Made by a program: the position numbers and the translations under genes
Notes under the pieces: model-generated
Database searches by the model: none
Told to the model about the DNA's origin: nothing
What the model saw: the letters and a program-made list of their open reading frames with translations, nothing else
From: Azolla caroliniana
Taxonomy: Eukaryota; Plantae; Polypodiophyta
Length of the DNA stretch: 64,000 nucleotides
Assembly: GCA_043228905.1 (NCBI GenBank)
Contig: JBHGNT010000014.1
Coordinates: forward strand, 11,594,001-11,658,000
Direction of reading: 5' to 3'
In this document: positions 1-13,073 of the stretch, piece by piece
Position numbering within the stretch: the stretch's first letter is position 1
Layout of the letters: each line of letters opens with the position of its first letter

Positions 1-696
1 GATTCGGACAAGAGCTGAAACGAGTCGGAGACAGCTGACTCGGATCAACAGATGGATCCAGATGAGTCGGATCAACTGAAGGCCAAGGGGAAACGGACAC
101 AGTGGAAGTCGATGCCATCGTGGGAGAACCGACGAATCGGCAAGCACCGGAGTCACCGCAACGTGAGTGCTGAGATGGGCCTATTGAGCAGACATGCCGA
201 CCGAGAGGGACGAGGCGCGCCGAACCAAAGGGGTCGCGGCAAACAGGACCGGACCGGACGAGGAGCGCAAGCAAGGCGGAGTGACGCTAGGAGAAGTCGG
301 TTGGAAGAACCGACTGTCACAGAGGTCGACACTACGACCCCACCTCAGGTTGAGCTTGAGGGGGAGTGTTGAGCGGCAAGCTCAACCGGAGCTGGTTCGG
401 TTGAATAAGCCGGAGCCGATAAGCGAGACGGATCGGGCGAAACGGATCGGTATGACGGTGAGCAACCGAACCGGTAAGCAGTGGAGGCCGGGTGCAATCC
501 GTAACCGGAAGTCCAATCGGAAGCCTAGTATAGGATAGACTACTAGGTAGCTATAGTCTCGTAGTAAGTGTCAGATGCTCGTGTGAGCATTGAAGTACAT
601 GGTACTTCTGTCAGTCCCAAGAGGACTTGTATAAATAGTGCTACTTAGCACAGTGTGTGTACTGAGTCTTCATATAATTTTGAAATTGTACTCTCG

Positions 697-736
<40 letters not shown>

Positions 737-776
737 TGTTCTCTGTTTTACGCTTCCGCAAACACTTACGTTTACA
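1..776 (+). mobile_element. 3' end of Ty1/Copia family A element (copy A0): 3' internal region, PPT and 3' LTR (367-776)
   Basis: PPT cttgagggggag at 355-366. LTR runs TGTTGAG...TTTACA and is homologous to the LTRs at 2205-2653 and 11962-12343. It is followed directly by family B pol sequence (atcct...), so it is nested in B0. Confidence 0.85.
691..732. repeat. (CT)n microsatellite inside the Copia LTR
   Basis: Direct ctctct run. Confidence 0.9.
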
Positions 777-2796
777 ATCCTCTTGAGTGATGAAGGTGAA
801 CCGGAGTGCTACGAAGAAGCCATTGCCGATGAGCACAGAGAGAAATGGCTGAGCGCGATGCAAGATGAGATGGAATCCTTGCACGTGAACTACACCTATG
901 ACCTAGTAGAGCTACCGAAAGGAAAGAGAGCACTCAGGAATAAGTGGGTCTACAAGGTGAAGACTGGAGAAGCCGACAGTGAGCCCAAGTATAAAGCCCG
1001 TATAGTAGTGAAGGGTTTGCAACAGAAGAAGGGCGTCGACTTTGACGAAATATTCGCACCAGTCGTTAAGATGACATCCATTCGAACTGTTCTGAGCATA
1101 GCAGCCAGTATGGATCTAAAGATCGAACAATTGGATGTTAAAACCACGTTTCTGCACGGGGAGCTAGAAGAAGAAATCTATATGCCTCAACCCAAAGGCT
1201 TTGAGGAGAGAGGGAAAAGAATCTGGTGTGTCGACTGAAGAAAAGCTTGTACGGTCTAAAACAAGCTCCACGCCAATGGTACAAGATATTCTAGTCCTTC
1301 ATGATGGAACACCGATTCCAGAAAATACAAGCCGATCACTGTGTGTTCGTCAAAAGGTACGAAGAAGGAGACTTCTTGATTCTTTTGCTATATGTTGATG
1401 ACATGTTGATAGTCGGTCAAGATACAAGGAAGATTGGAAGCTTGAAGAAAGCTCTCGCCAAATCATTTGCCATGAAAGACCTTGGACCGGCTAAATAGAT
1501 CTTAGGAGTGCACATAGTTCGAGACAGAACTTAAAAGGTGTATGGTTGTCACAACAGAAGTATGTGATGAAGATCCTAAAGAGATTTAACATGTCAGATG
1601 CAATGTTGGTCGTCTCAGTGTTGCCGACAAATTGCAGATTGAATGCGAAGCAGTGCCCGAAAGGGGAGAAGGAAAAGGCTGAGATGAAGAAGGTACCATA
1701 TGCCTCGTCCGTTGGCAGTCTAATGTATGCTATGCTCTGTATGAGACCTGACATAGCATTTGTTGACTCAGATTCTGTCAATAGAAGACACAACTAACTG
1801 ACTTCCTCCCACAGGAGTGAAGGGGGAGTTTGTTGGGAATATGTACCTCAAGTGGGAGGAGGAACCGACTGTCCATAAGTTGCTGACAATCGATGACTAC
1901 GAGGAGCCAACTGATCGTACCAAGGAATGCCGACAGTCGAAGACATGGAAGATCCGACTGTTTGGAAAGTCGACAGTCGAAAACAATGAGTCGACTATCT
2001 GATAATTCAACTATGATTATTATAGCAATAATAATAATGATATGTAGTAGAGGCTATATTTGTAAATAGCCCATACAATGTATAAGTATAAATACATTTA
2101 GGGAAAAATGTGAGATAGTAGAACAGTAGTAGCGCGAGAGCGTGAAGAGTGAGCAGAGAGAGAAACAGAGAGAGAGTGCAGCGCCATAGTTGTGTGCGTA
2201 ACAGTGTTGAGATACAAGCTCCACGTTGGCCAGATCAGCTGTGCAAGCCGAGAACCGGATTGGTTGGGATCAATCAGTTAGGCCGGACCCGTGCGTAAAC
2301 CAGGTGTGTAAACCGGTGTGCAGACCAGTGCGCAACGAGAAGGGGTAGCGGTACGTAAACCACGAGCCCGTTGGAAAGATATTCCGCGTAGGAATATATT
2401 TTGGGAGTTAGTGTAGAGCTCACTTATGAGCATTGAGGTACGTGTCAGTACTTCTGTCAGTCCGTATGGACTTGTATAAAAGTGCTCACTAAGCACATCC
2501 TATGTACAGATTGAGTATTATTTTTGAATTGAGTTTGTGTGTATTCTCTCTATCTATCTGTCTCTCCCGCGTACTGTGTATATTCAAGCTCTCCATTAAA
2601 CCTGCATTTCTGTGTTCGGTTTTCTATTACTTCCGCACGTTATTCTTTTTACATGGTATCAGAACGCAAGGGTTGAGAACCTCTGCAGCCAATCTTAGCT
2701 CAAGAAAGAAAACCTAACCTTCGCAAAGAACAGGAAAAACAAATGGATAAAGGCATGGCTAGCTCGCTTCCAACAGAGAACCTCAACAGAAACAAC

Positions 2797-3209
2797 TGTT
2801 ACCGATTAGGAACACGGTCTGCGGTCAGTCCTTCGACCTAGACCTCCAAGTGATTGTGAAACAACGAATGGCAGCGTCTATGCGTAATACGTAGGGGAAT
2901 GTTCCCCGTAACCTAGCAGCGTATAAGGGAGACGACTACAACCGACTCCTTATCAGTGGTTACACACTCACGTTCTTACACTCTCAGGTATTCCAGACAC
3001 ACAGTAGATTAGTCGTAGCTATACACAGATTTTCAGAGAAGATAGAATTCTATTACAATATACTTCTTTACATTCCAAAATTACACGCTCCCTCTATCAG
3101 AGGCTTTTTTAGCCGTTCACGCTTCCTGCGTGAACCATTACATGTGTTATGATCTTATATTATTTCTTATTCCTACGCTCTTGTCCGTCGGTTACTATTC
3201 TGGTGGACA
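2797..3209. mobile_element. Solo LTR (413 bp) of an unrelated family inserted in A1 gag
   Basis: TG...CA ends with TSD ACAAC (2792-2796, 3210-3214). Removing it restores gag NLNRNN|YMSWSYKM. Confidence 0.8.
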
Positions 3210-3829
3210 ACAACTACATGTCTTGGTCTTACAAGATGCCCTAGTACCTGCTCAGGCATGGTTACTAGAGCTATGTCGACGGAGCTAATGACACAACACC
3301 CGATCCGACAAACAAAGACTTCTCGACTTGGGAACAGCCAGTGAGCAGATTTCTCTACTACTTCACGTCTTGTGTGGGCAAACAGCTTCTGAGCTATATT
3401 CGGGATGCGAAAACGCCGAAAGATGCTTGGGGAAATCTGATGAAGATTTTCGCTGCAAGCACCACAGCTAGGAAGCTTCAACTCCGATAGAAGCTGAGCA
3501 ACTTACGACAACGCAACTTGTTAGTGGCTGATTACACCTCGAAGATCAAAGAGATATGTGACTCCTTAGCCTCTGTCGATGTGAACATTGAGGAAGGCGA
3601 GATGGTGCAGATCTGTCTCGGGGGACTAGCGTTGAAGTTCGAAGTGTTCCGAACTGCTGTGTGTAAATGGGAGAATACACCGTTGTTTTTCAACCTACCG
3701 TCAATGCTGCTTATAGAGGAGAACCATGTGGGTGTGTCGACGAGCACGCATGACGATAGCAAGATGCAATACATGGAGGGAGATAGGCCCCGTGGTCGTG
3801 GCGGACGAGTCGAGTCGGTGCGCAATGGA

Positions 3830-4077
3830 GGCGGCCGATGAGATCAAAGAAGAAGGCACTGAAGTGATGCCAACAGCAATTCCGGACCCTTCGGAAATAG
3901 GGGGAGTCGAGGCGACGAGAACCGGCAAAGGAAACCCGTCGCGGAATGCTGGTGGCGGCCGAGGATATCAAGGAAGATGGCACCGAAGTGATGTCGACAG
4001 CAATTCCGAACCCTCCAAAAACTGGGGGAGTTGAGGCGACGAGAACTAGCAAGCGAAACCCATCGTGGAATGTTGGT
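3830..4077 (+). repeat. Diverged 124-bp tandem duplication in A1 gag
   Basis: Units start ggcggccga at 3830 and 3954; both end gaatgYtggt. Confidence 0.85.
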
Positions 4078-5510
4078 ATTGTGGCAAGAAAGGCCACAAG
4101 GAGAGCGAGTGTTGGAAGAAGCGCGCCGATTCGGAGAGGACCGGATCTGGATAAGGTTCCAGACAAACCGACAGGGGTAATTGGCAACGATCGCACTACA
4201 TCGAAGGATTCGAGAAAGGGTCAGCCTTCGTGACGAAACACGAAGCGAACTCGATGAAGAAGTCCACCCCGAAATTGGACAAGGTGTGGTACGTCGACAC
4301 CAACACATCAAACCACATGACATGCCACAAGGAGTGGTTCTCATACCTTGAGAAACCGATGCAACCGGGAGTAGTCGCAACCGGAGACGACACTCCGCAT
4401 CCGATCACGAATGTCGATGAAATTCCCCTAAGCCATGTCGGGTTAAAAGGGAAACTTATGAACGTGTTACACATTCCAACAATCATGAAGAACCTAGTGT
4501 CGGTCAGACAGATCGTTGACGAGGGGATGCAGGTTCGGTTTACGCATCTCGGCTCCTTCATCGAGGAAAAAGGCCGAGTTATTGCACAAGGGCGCAGAGA
4601 CGGGAGGATGTTTATCCTTGACCCTAATGATAGTGGCACCGCAATGTTTGCGAAAGGACAAAAAGTCAAGTCGGATATCGACTTATGGCACAAGCAGATA
4701 GGCCATGTCAACTATCGACGACTTCAGGACCTACAATCGAAACAGGTGGTGTTCGGGTTACCCAAATTTAGTGGTCGGAAGGCACAAATTTGTGAAGCCT
4801 GCTAGCTAGGGGAGCAACACCGACTTTCTTTCCCTAATGAGCGTAACCGGAGCCGGAACAAGCTCGACTTGATACATTCTTATGTATGGGGGCCAACACA
4901 GAACGTTAGTCTTGGCGGGAGTCGATATTTCGTCTCCTTAATCAACAACTATACGCAGCACACGTGGATCTACCTCATTGAGAAGAAGAGTGAAGTCTTC
5001 GACTATTTCCGGGACCTCAAGAGTTTCGTTAAGAGGGAAACAGGAAGAAAGATCAAGTGCATGTGGTTAGATGGCGGAAAAGAGTACTTTTCCGGTCAAT
5101 TCAACGGGTATCTACAACAGATGGGAATTCGGTGTGAATTCAATTGCAGATATACACCGGAACAAAATGGCATGGCCGAAAGGAAGAATCGGTCTATTAT
5201 AGAAGCGGCGCGGGAAATGCTGGAAGAAAAAAGCTTGCCCAAGTTCTATTGGGTTGAGGCGATACGAACCGCGGTGAACATCCAAAATCGGATCGGAGAC
5301 AAAGTGTCGGCGCATGAGCTGTATTTCGGAAGGAAGTCGAATCTACGACACTTGAGAGTTTTCGGTAGCATTGCGTATGTGCATGTGCCAAAGGAGAAAC
5401 GGAGGAAGTTGGACGCGAAAGCTGAGAAGTGTATTTTAGTCGGCTATTCGGACGAGCAAAAGAGTTATAAGTGGTATAACCCCCGAACTAAACAAGCTCG
5501 CGTGAGCTGC

Positions 5511-5750
5511 GATGTTGTGTTTGACAAGTGCGCGTCCTGGTACTAGCTTCCGACTCCGAACCTCAACTCCAACTTCGGATCTCCAGACCCGAGTTTTGAC
5601 GATGAGGTCAACGAGGCTGAAATGCCTCCGGATGTTGTGTTTGACAAGTGCGTGTCTTGGTACTTGCTTCCAACTCCGAACCTCAACTCCAACTCCAGAT
5701 CTCCGGACTCGAGTTCTGACGATGAGGTCAGCAAGGCTGAAATGCCTCCG
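5511..5750 (+). repeat. 120-bp tandem duplication at the integrase C-terminus of A1
   Basis: Units 5511-5630 and 5631-5750 both start gatgttgtgtttgacaagtg; about 11 mismatches. Confidence 0.9.
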
Positions 5751-8189
5751 GATGACCGCAAAATAAAGACCCTCGATGAGAGTCCGATTTCATTTAAGCT
5801 AAATGGACTGAACGAGCGACTGGGTTGATTTGACCAGTCCGAAGAAGAGTCGGCGAGTAGTGGAGACTCGGCCGTGCATTCCCCACGTAGGAAGCCGAGG
5901 AGACGGCTTACACGCAAGGAAAAAGGGAAGAAGAAGGTGTCGGATTATGGCACGGATAGGAACGAGTCGGATCGACGTGAGTCCGACTCCGAGGGAAGTG
6001 ATGACGGCTAATGAGCAATTACGCCGATCTACCCGCCAGAAGAACCCTGTTGTGCGGTTCAGATACAATGACTACATGGCGCACCACTATGCATACATGA
6101 CCCATGTAGTAGAAGTGCGTGAGTCGGAGAGCTACATAGAAGCGGAGAACGACGCGAATTGGCGTGCCGCAATGAAGGAAGAGATGCGTGTATTGGCGGA
6201 AAATGAAACCTGGGACCTGGTTGACGCACCGAAGGGTGTGAAGCCGATCGGATGTAGGTGGGTGTACAAGGTCAAGTACAACATCGATGGCTCGGTCAAC
6301 CGCTATAAGGCCCGGTTAGTAGCGAAAGGCTACGCGCAGAAGCATGACATGGACTACGACGAAACCTTCGCCTATCACGAAGATGACTATTGTGCATGTT
6401 TTGCTAGCCGTAGCAGCGGCGAAGGGGTGGCAATTACATAAGATGGATGTAAGGAATGCATTCTTGCAAGGTGAGCTTGAGGAACAGGTGTACATGGTAC
6501 AACCCCCCAGATTTCACTCCAGAATGAACACCTCAGCGGTGTGCCGGTTGAAGAAGTCCCTTTACGGACTAAAGCAAGCCCCGCGTGCCTGGAACGCGAA
6601 GATCACGCAATGATTGCATTGGATGGGCTTTGCGACGTCAAAATTGGACTCCTCACTATTCATCCGGAAAGGTCGACTCAGGCCGGTTAGCATTTTACTT
6701 TATGTTGATGACTTGTTCATCACCGGCGCTGACCTAGGTGAGATTGACCGCGTGAAGCTCCAACTGACGGCATCATTCGACATGAAGGATCTGAAGGACC
6801 TTCATTACTTCCTCAGGATCGAAGTGATCCATACCCCCGAAGGCATACTAATCAGCCAACGGCATTACGTGCGTAGTATGCTCTTCAAATTCGGGATGGC
6901 TGACTGTAAGTTCGTCTCGACTCCTCTGGATAGAACCGTCAAGCTTCACCCCGATTCCGGAAAGGTATGCGACCCGATGAGGTTCCGACAGATAGTCGGA
7001 AGCCTTATATACTTGACCATCACCCAACTAGATCTCAGCTACCCGGTCGGGGTTATTAGTCAGTTCATGGTGCGACCTACCGAGGAGCACCATCAGTGTG
7101 TGCAACGTGTACTGCGGTACGTAAGCGGCACTAAGGACCGGGGGCTACTATATCAGACTGGTACAGCCCCACAGTTGGTCGGCTACATCGATGCTGACTG
7201 GCCCGGCAATGCCGCTGATCACAGATCGACTTCCGGTTTTGCGTTCTCTCTTGGGAGTGCCGCGATCGCATGGAGTAGCAAGAAGCAGCTGACAGTTGCG
7301 CTATCGAGCACCGAAGCCGAGTATAAAGGAGCGGTTGTCGCGACATGTGAAGCCATATGGTTGAAGCGGCTACTTAAGGATTTGCAGGTGGAGGTATCCG
7401 ATCCAACCACAATCTACTACGACAACCTCAACAGCATCCAGCTAGCAAAGAACCCCATTTTCCACACCCGGGCTAAGCGCATCGAGTTGCACTACCATTT
7501 CGTCCGTGAGCGCGTCCTCTCCGGTGAAGTTGGACTCCAGTATGCTCTAACGGATCAACAGACCGCCGATATCTTCACCAAGCCTCTTGGTTTGGACAAG
7601 TTGCGGCAATTCTCGGGTGCACTTGGGTTGCGTCACCTCGACGTGCCGAACTTGAGGGGGAGAGAAGTTCCGGAATACCGCGACGCCAAGTCGGATGACG
7701 AATTTGATTTCGGATTGGCTGAAGAAGCCGAGGAGGATCCGCGGAAGATTCCGAAAGTGGACATAAGGGGAGCAGTTGAAAGAAAGAGCAAAAGCCAACC
7801 AAGCGTGGGGGAGATGAAGCCATCAACGGCGAGAAGAACGAAGACGAGTTGGAGATAGCCAACTCGGATGAAAGCAAAACCGATCGAAGGAAGCCGAGTC
7901 GGTTTGGATGCCTGATTTGGATACGTCGAATCAACTAAGGGCCAAGTGGAATAGAAGGCAGCAGAAGAAGCGCCAACACCGCGACAACAACAGAGCTGAG
8001 AAGGGCCGCACTAGCACGCAAGCCGACCGGAAGGGTGAAGGCGCGCGGAATCAAATAGGTCGAGGAGCGTAGATCTAGAAGAGCACATGGAACCTCAAAT
8101 TGAGCTTGAGGGGGAGAGTTGAGATACAAGCTCAACGTGGGCCGGATCGGCTGTGCAAGCGAGAACGGGATCGGTTGGGATCGATCGGT

Positions 8190-11100
8190 TAGCCTTTGTG
8201 ATGAAACACGAGGCTAACTCGATGAAGAAGACCACTTCTGAATCGAAGGAAGTGTGGTACGTTGATTTCGGTGCATCGAATCATATGACGAACCACATAG
8301 AGTGGTTCTCTTTCTTGGGGAGAAACCAGAACAACCAGGAGTTGTCGAAACCTGAGACGACACTCCACACCCAATTGTGCATGTCGGAGAAGTCCCTTTG
8401 AGCCACGTCGGACAGAGGGGGAAGCTGATGAACATATTACACGTTTCGACCATCACGAAGAACCTGGTGTCGGTTGGATAGATTTTCGACCAGGGGATGC
8501 AGGTGCGGTTTACGCACCTCAGGTGCTTCATCGAGGAAGAGGGCCAAATCATTGCGCAAGGGCACAGAGACGGGAGGATGTTTATCCTTGACACCAATGA
8601 CGTCGGCACCGCTTTGTTCGCTAAAGGACAAAAGATTGAATCGGATATCGATCTCTGGCACAAGCGGATTGGCCACGTCAATTACCAGAGCCTTCAAGAC
8701 TTGCAAACAAAACAAGTTGTTTTCGGTTTGCCGAAGTTCAGTGGCCAGAAGGCCAAAATATGTGAAGCCTGCCAACTCGGGTAGCAACATCTGCTTCCAT
8801 TCCCCACCGAACGAAACCGGATTCGTAACAAGCTCAATCTAATCCATTCGGATGTATGGGGACTAGCAAACAACGTCAATCTTAACAGGAGTCGATATTT
8901 CGTCTCCTTCATCGACGACTACAGCCAGCACACATGGATCTACCTCATTGAGCGTAAGAGCAAAGTCTTTGAGTGTTTCTGAAACCTGCAAAGACTGGTT
9001 GAACGGGAAACGGTGAGGAAGATCAAGTGCCTGCAGTCGGATGGTGGAAAAGAATATTTTTCCGGCCAATTCAACAATTATCTGCAGCAAAAAGGAATTT
9101 GGAGAGAGTTCAGCTGTAGATACACACCGGAGCAAAACGGTGTGGCCAAAAGGAAGAACCAGTCGATTGTCGATGTGGCAATGTTGGAGGAGAAGAGCAT
9201 GCCCCATTTCTACTAGGCGGAGGCGGTCTGGACGGCCGTCTACATCCAGAACCAGATTGGTGACAAGGTGTCCGCGCATGAGTTGTATTTTGGGCGCAAG
9301 CCGAATCTGGGACACCTTCGGATATTCGGTAGCATTGCATATGTGCATGTGCCGGATGAGAAGCGAAGGAAGTTGGATGCAAAGTCAGAGAAATGCATCC
9401 TGGTCGTTTACTCGCATGAGCAAAAGAGGTATGAGTGTTATAAGCCTCAGACAAAGCAGGTCCGAGTTAGCCGGGATGTTGAGTTTGATGAGACGGCATC
9501 ATGGTATGCCTTACCAGCTCCGACTTCCGACCCCGACCCAATACCGGAGGATAAGGCTAGTGAGCCTGAACTGGTCCAGATAGAAGATGGAGACCTCGGC
9601 ACTCTAGAAGAGAGTCCGATCTCATTTCAGTTAACTGGACCGAATGAGCGGTTGAGTCAAGATGACTAGTCAAATGAGGAACCGGCGAGTAATGGAGACT
9701 CTGTCGTGCTCTCCCCGCGCAAGGAACTGAGGAGACGGTTAACGCGCAAAGAGAAGGGGAAGATGAAGATGTCAGAATACGAAACCAACAACGTTGAGTC
9801 GGATCGGGGCGAATCCGGCTCCAGAAAGGATGAAGGCAGATCTTCGGCAACAAAGACCACACGAGCCAGGTATGAACATTTTAATTTACGCACTGGCTCT
9901 TCTAAACTCCCTCCTCAAATTTGTTGATTTCTTCATGTCTCTCGACCTTAGTTTCAAAATCTTGATTTTTCAATTCCATATCATAGCTAGCGTTGTGGGC
10001 TTCGATTCGCATGTTTGAACAATGAAATCCGAAATCATACGAGCGAGGTATGAATATTTTAATTTGCTCAAGGGCTCTTCTCACCTCCCTCCTCAAATTT
10101 GCTAATTTCGTCACGAGGGTTCATGTGGTGTTGGCGGTTGATGCGGCAAGGGAGTGACATCTTCACCAGATGGATGTGAAGAATGCATTTCTTCAAGGAG
10201 ATCTTGAAGAAGAGGTCTTTATGACCCAACCTCCCGGTTTCCAAACGGAGATGAACAAGTCGGCGGTATGCCGATTGAAGAAGTCACTTTATGGCCTGAA
10301 GCAAGCCCCTTGAGCTTGGAATGCGAATATCACGCACTGGTTGCGTAAGAATGGGTTTGCGGCCTCCAAGTCTGACTCTTCGTTGTTAATCCGGCAAGGT
10401 CCGGATGGTCCGGTTTGCATCTTATTGTATGTTGATGATCTAGTCATCACCAGACCCGGACTCGATGAAATCAACCGAGTCAAGTTCCAGCTGTCGGACG
10501 CATTTGAGATGAAGGACCTGGGGGACCTTCACTATTTCCTTGGGTTCGAGGTGATCCGAACCCCCGATGGCATATTGCTATCACAGAGACACTATGTGTT
10601 GAATATGTTGTACAAGTTCGGCATGACGGAATGTCGTCCTATCTCTACACCCCTGGACCGGAACCAGAAGCTCCGTCCCGATTCCAGACCGGCCTGCGAT
10701 GAGAAGCGGTTCTGACAAATCGTCGGAAGCCTTATATATTTAACAATCACCCGACCTAACATCAGTTATCTTGTCGATGTGATCAGCCAATATATGCAGA
10801 AGCGGACTGTGGAGCACCTTCTGTGCGCCCATCGAATTTTGCGATATGTGAGCGGCACAAAGGAACGGGGACTGTTATACCGGCATGGTATAACCGAAGA
10901 GCTAGTCGGCTACACCGATGCCGACTGGGCCGGCGATGCATCGGATCACTGATCCAACTCCGGCTATATGTTTTCCCTTGGTAGCGTGGCTATAGCATGG
11001 AGCAGCAAAAAGCAACCAACAGTGGCCCTTTCGAGCCCTGAGGTTGAATACCAGGGCGCCACCGTTGCAACCTGTGAAGCCATTTGGCTTCGACAATTCT

Positions 11101-12343
11101 TGCCAGACTTGCGGATCGAGGTGCCAACCCTGATCCTGATCTACTGCGACAACATAAGCAGCATGCAGCTCGCCAAGAACCCCGTATTCCATGCTCGCAC
11201 AAAGCACATACAAGTGCACTACCACTTCATGCGTGAGCGTGTTCTGAGCGGTGAAGTTGAACTTCGGTATGTTCATACGGATCGGCAAGTTGCCGACATC
11301 TTCACTAAACCGCTCAGATCGGACAAGTTGTAGCACTTCACCGAAATGCTTGGTGTTCAACATCTCGACATGCCACACTTGAGGGGGAGAGCAAGCAAAG
11401 ATATTGGAACGGGCAAAGGCAAAGAGACTATCGATTGCGCCGGTGAGGGAAGAACCGACAAAGGGGGAGACAAGAAGAAGAAAGGTGCCAAGTCGAAACA
11501 AGTGGCAACGGCAGCAAAGTCAAGAAGAACAGAGCTGACCGGAAGAAGAAGGCCATGGTCCGATGTGGTGAATGGCCTGGAACCGAAAGACGAATCGGGA
11601 GCAACCGATTCGGACAAGAGCTGGAACGAAGGATTCGGTTCAACAGACGAATTCGGAAGAACCCGATCAATTCAAGGCCAAGAGGACGAGAAGGCAGCGA
11701 AAGTCGACGCCAACACGAAGGAATCGGTGAATCGGCAAGCGCCGAATTCACAGCAACGAGGGAGTTGAATTGGGCCTGTTGACCAGACAAGTCGACCGAG
11801 GAGGTCGAGGTGCACAGAATCAGAAGGGTCGCGGCAAACGGGACCGGACCGGACGAGGAGCGCGAGCAAGGCGGAGTGACGCCAGAAGGAGCCAGCTGGA
11901 AGGATCGGCTGTCATAGGGACTGACACTACGATCCGACCTCAAGTTGAGCTTGAGGGGGAGTGTTGAGTAGCAAGCTCAACTGGATCCGGATCGGCGAGC
12001 CGATGAGCAATTGTGCCGGTGAGTTGGGGAGCCGGTTAGCCGGATCCAGCAGCAACCGGAAGCCTATTAACAGCCTAGGCTACTAGGTAGTTAATGTCTT
12101 GTAGTTAGTGTCAGACGCTCGTGTGAGCATTGAAGTACATTGTACTTCTGTCAGTCCATATGGACTTGTATAAAAGTGTTCACTGAACACATACGATGTA
12201 CAGATTGAGTATTATTTTGAATTGAGTTTTTTGTGTGCTCTCTCTCTATCTCTCCTGCGTATTGTGTATATTCTAAGCTCTGCATTAAACCTGTGTTTCT
12301 ATGTTCGGTTTTCTATTGCTTCCGCACAACGTATTCTTTCACA
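8190..12343 (+). mobile_element. Ty1/Copia family A element A2, 5'-deleted, inserted in the 3' LTR of A1; 3' LTR 11962-12343
   Basis: Protease, integrase, RT and RNase H motifs are colinear with A1. PPT at 11950-11961. The LTR ends ttcaca and is followed by the last ~44 bp of the A1 LTR (ctgtgttcgg...). Confidence 0.85.
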
Positions 12344-12624
12344 CTGTGTTCGGTTTTCTATTGCTTCCGCGTGCTATTCTTTTTCCAAACAGCTGACGCC
12401 AAGAGCCCCGCGTGGCTGATACACTCGTAAGAGTGCTATAACATACCCTCTGTTGTATATCCACTATACAGTGAAGTTCTGTTCTCCGTGGTTTTCTCCC
12501 GTTTTAGGGTTTCCACGTAAATCTCTATGCACTATTGTTTATCTTGTCTCTCTCTGGCATATTGGTGTGATTCGTATTTCAGCATAGTTTGTTTATTGCA
12601 ATTTGATCGAACGATTTCTCAACA

Positions 12625-13073
12625 GAATAAACCGACTAGTCCGGATAACAGCAGAACACAGAACGGAGGTTTAATGGAAAGCTTGAATACACGGGGGAGA
12701 CATAAAGAGCAAAATAGTAAACTCAATTCAAAATAATCACACTATGTACATACAAATGTTCTACAGAACACTTTTTATACAAGTGCTTAAAAGGACGAAC
12801 TAAAGTATTAACATGTACTTCAATGCTCATACGAGCGACTGACACTAACTCCAAGGAATATGCCTACATACTAGGCTTGGACCGTAGGCTCCAATGACCT
12901 AACAGTTCTCACTATTCCAGAGTACAATCCAGTTCTCGAGTCCGGCTCTAGGTTCTAGATACCGATATATCTAGACATCGATCCGGGTACCTATCTGGTT
13001 CTCCATTCCGGATACTGATCCGGCTCTAGCTTATTCAACCTATCCGGATCTAGTTGAGCTTGCCCGATCAACA
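12625..13073 (-). mobile_element. Family A Copia LTR in reverse orientation (solo or 5' LTR), interrupted by B0
   Basis: The reverse complement starts tgttgatcgggcaagctcaac and contains the family A core gagcattgaagtaca...cttgtataaaa. No PPT upstream. Confidence 0.75.

Larger units (their letters stand above)
2205..12387 (+). mobile_element. Ty1/Copia family A element A1, degenerate: 5' LTR 2205-2653, PBS 2654-2665, gag-pol ~2743-7858, 3' LTR remnants 8117-~8190 and 12344-12387
   Basis: TSD AACAG at 2200-2204 and 12388-12392. tRNA-iMet PBS tggtatcaga. Zinc knuckle CWYCGKKGH, protease WYVDT, integrase TPEQNG, RT LYVDD, RNase H ADIFTKPL. Many stops and frameshifts. Confidence 0.9.
777..12624 (+). 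mobile_element. Ty1/Copia family B (Tnt1-like) element B0, 3' part: decayed RT (777-1763), PPT 1819-1828, 3' LTR split into 1831-2204 and 12388-12624 by nested insertions
   Basis: RT motifs KARIVVKG, QLDVKTTFLHG and LLYVDDM. The LTR halves rejoin across TSD AACAG and match the family B LTR at 20721-21312. Ends are TGTTGG...TCAACA. RNase H is mostly deleted. Confidence 0.85.
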
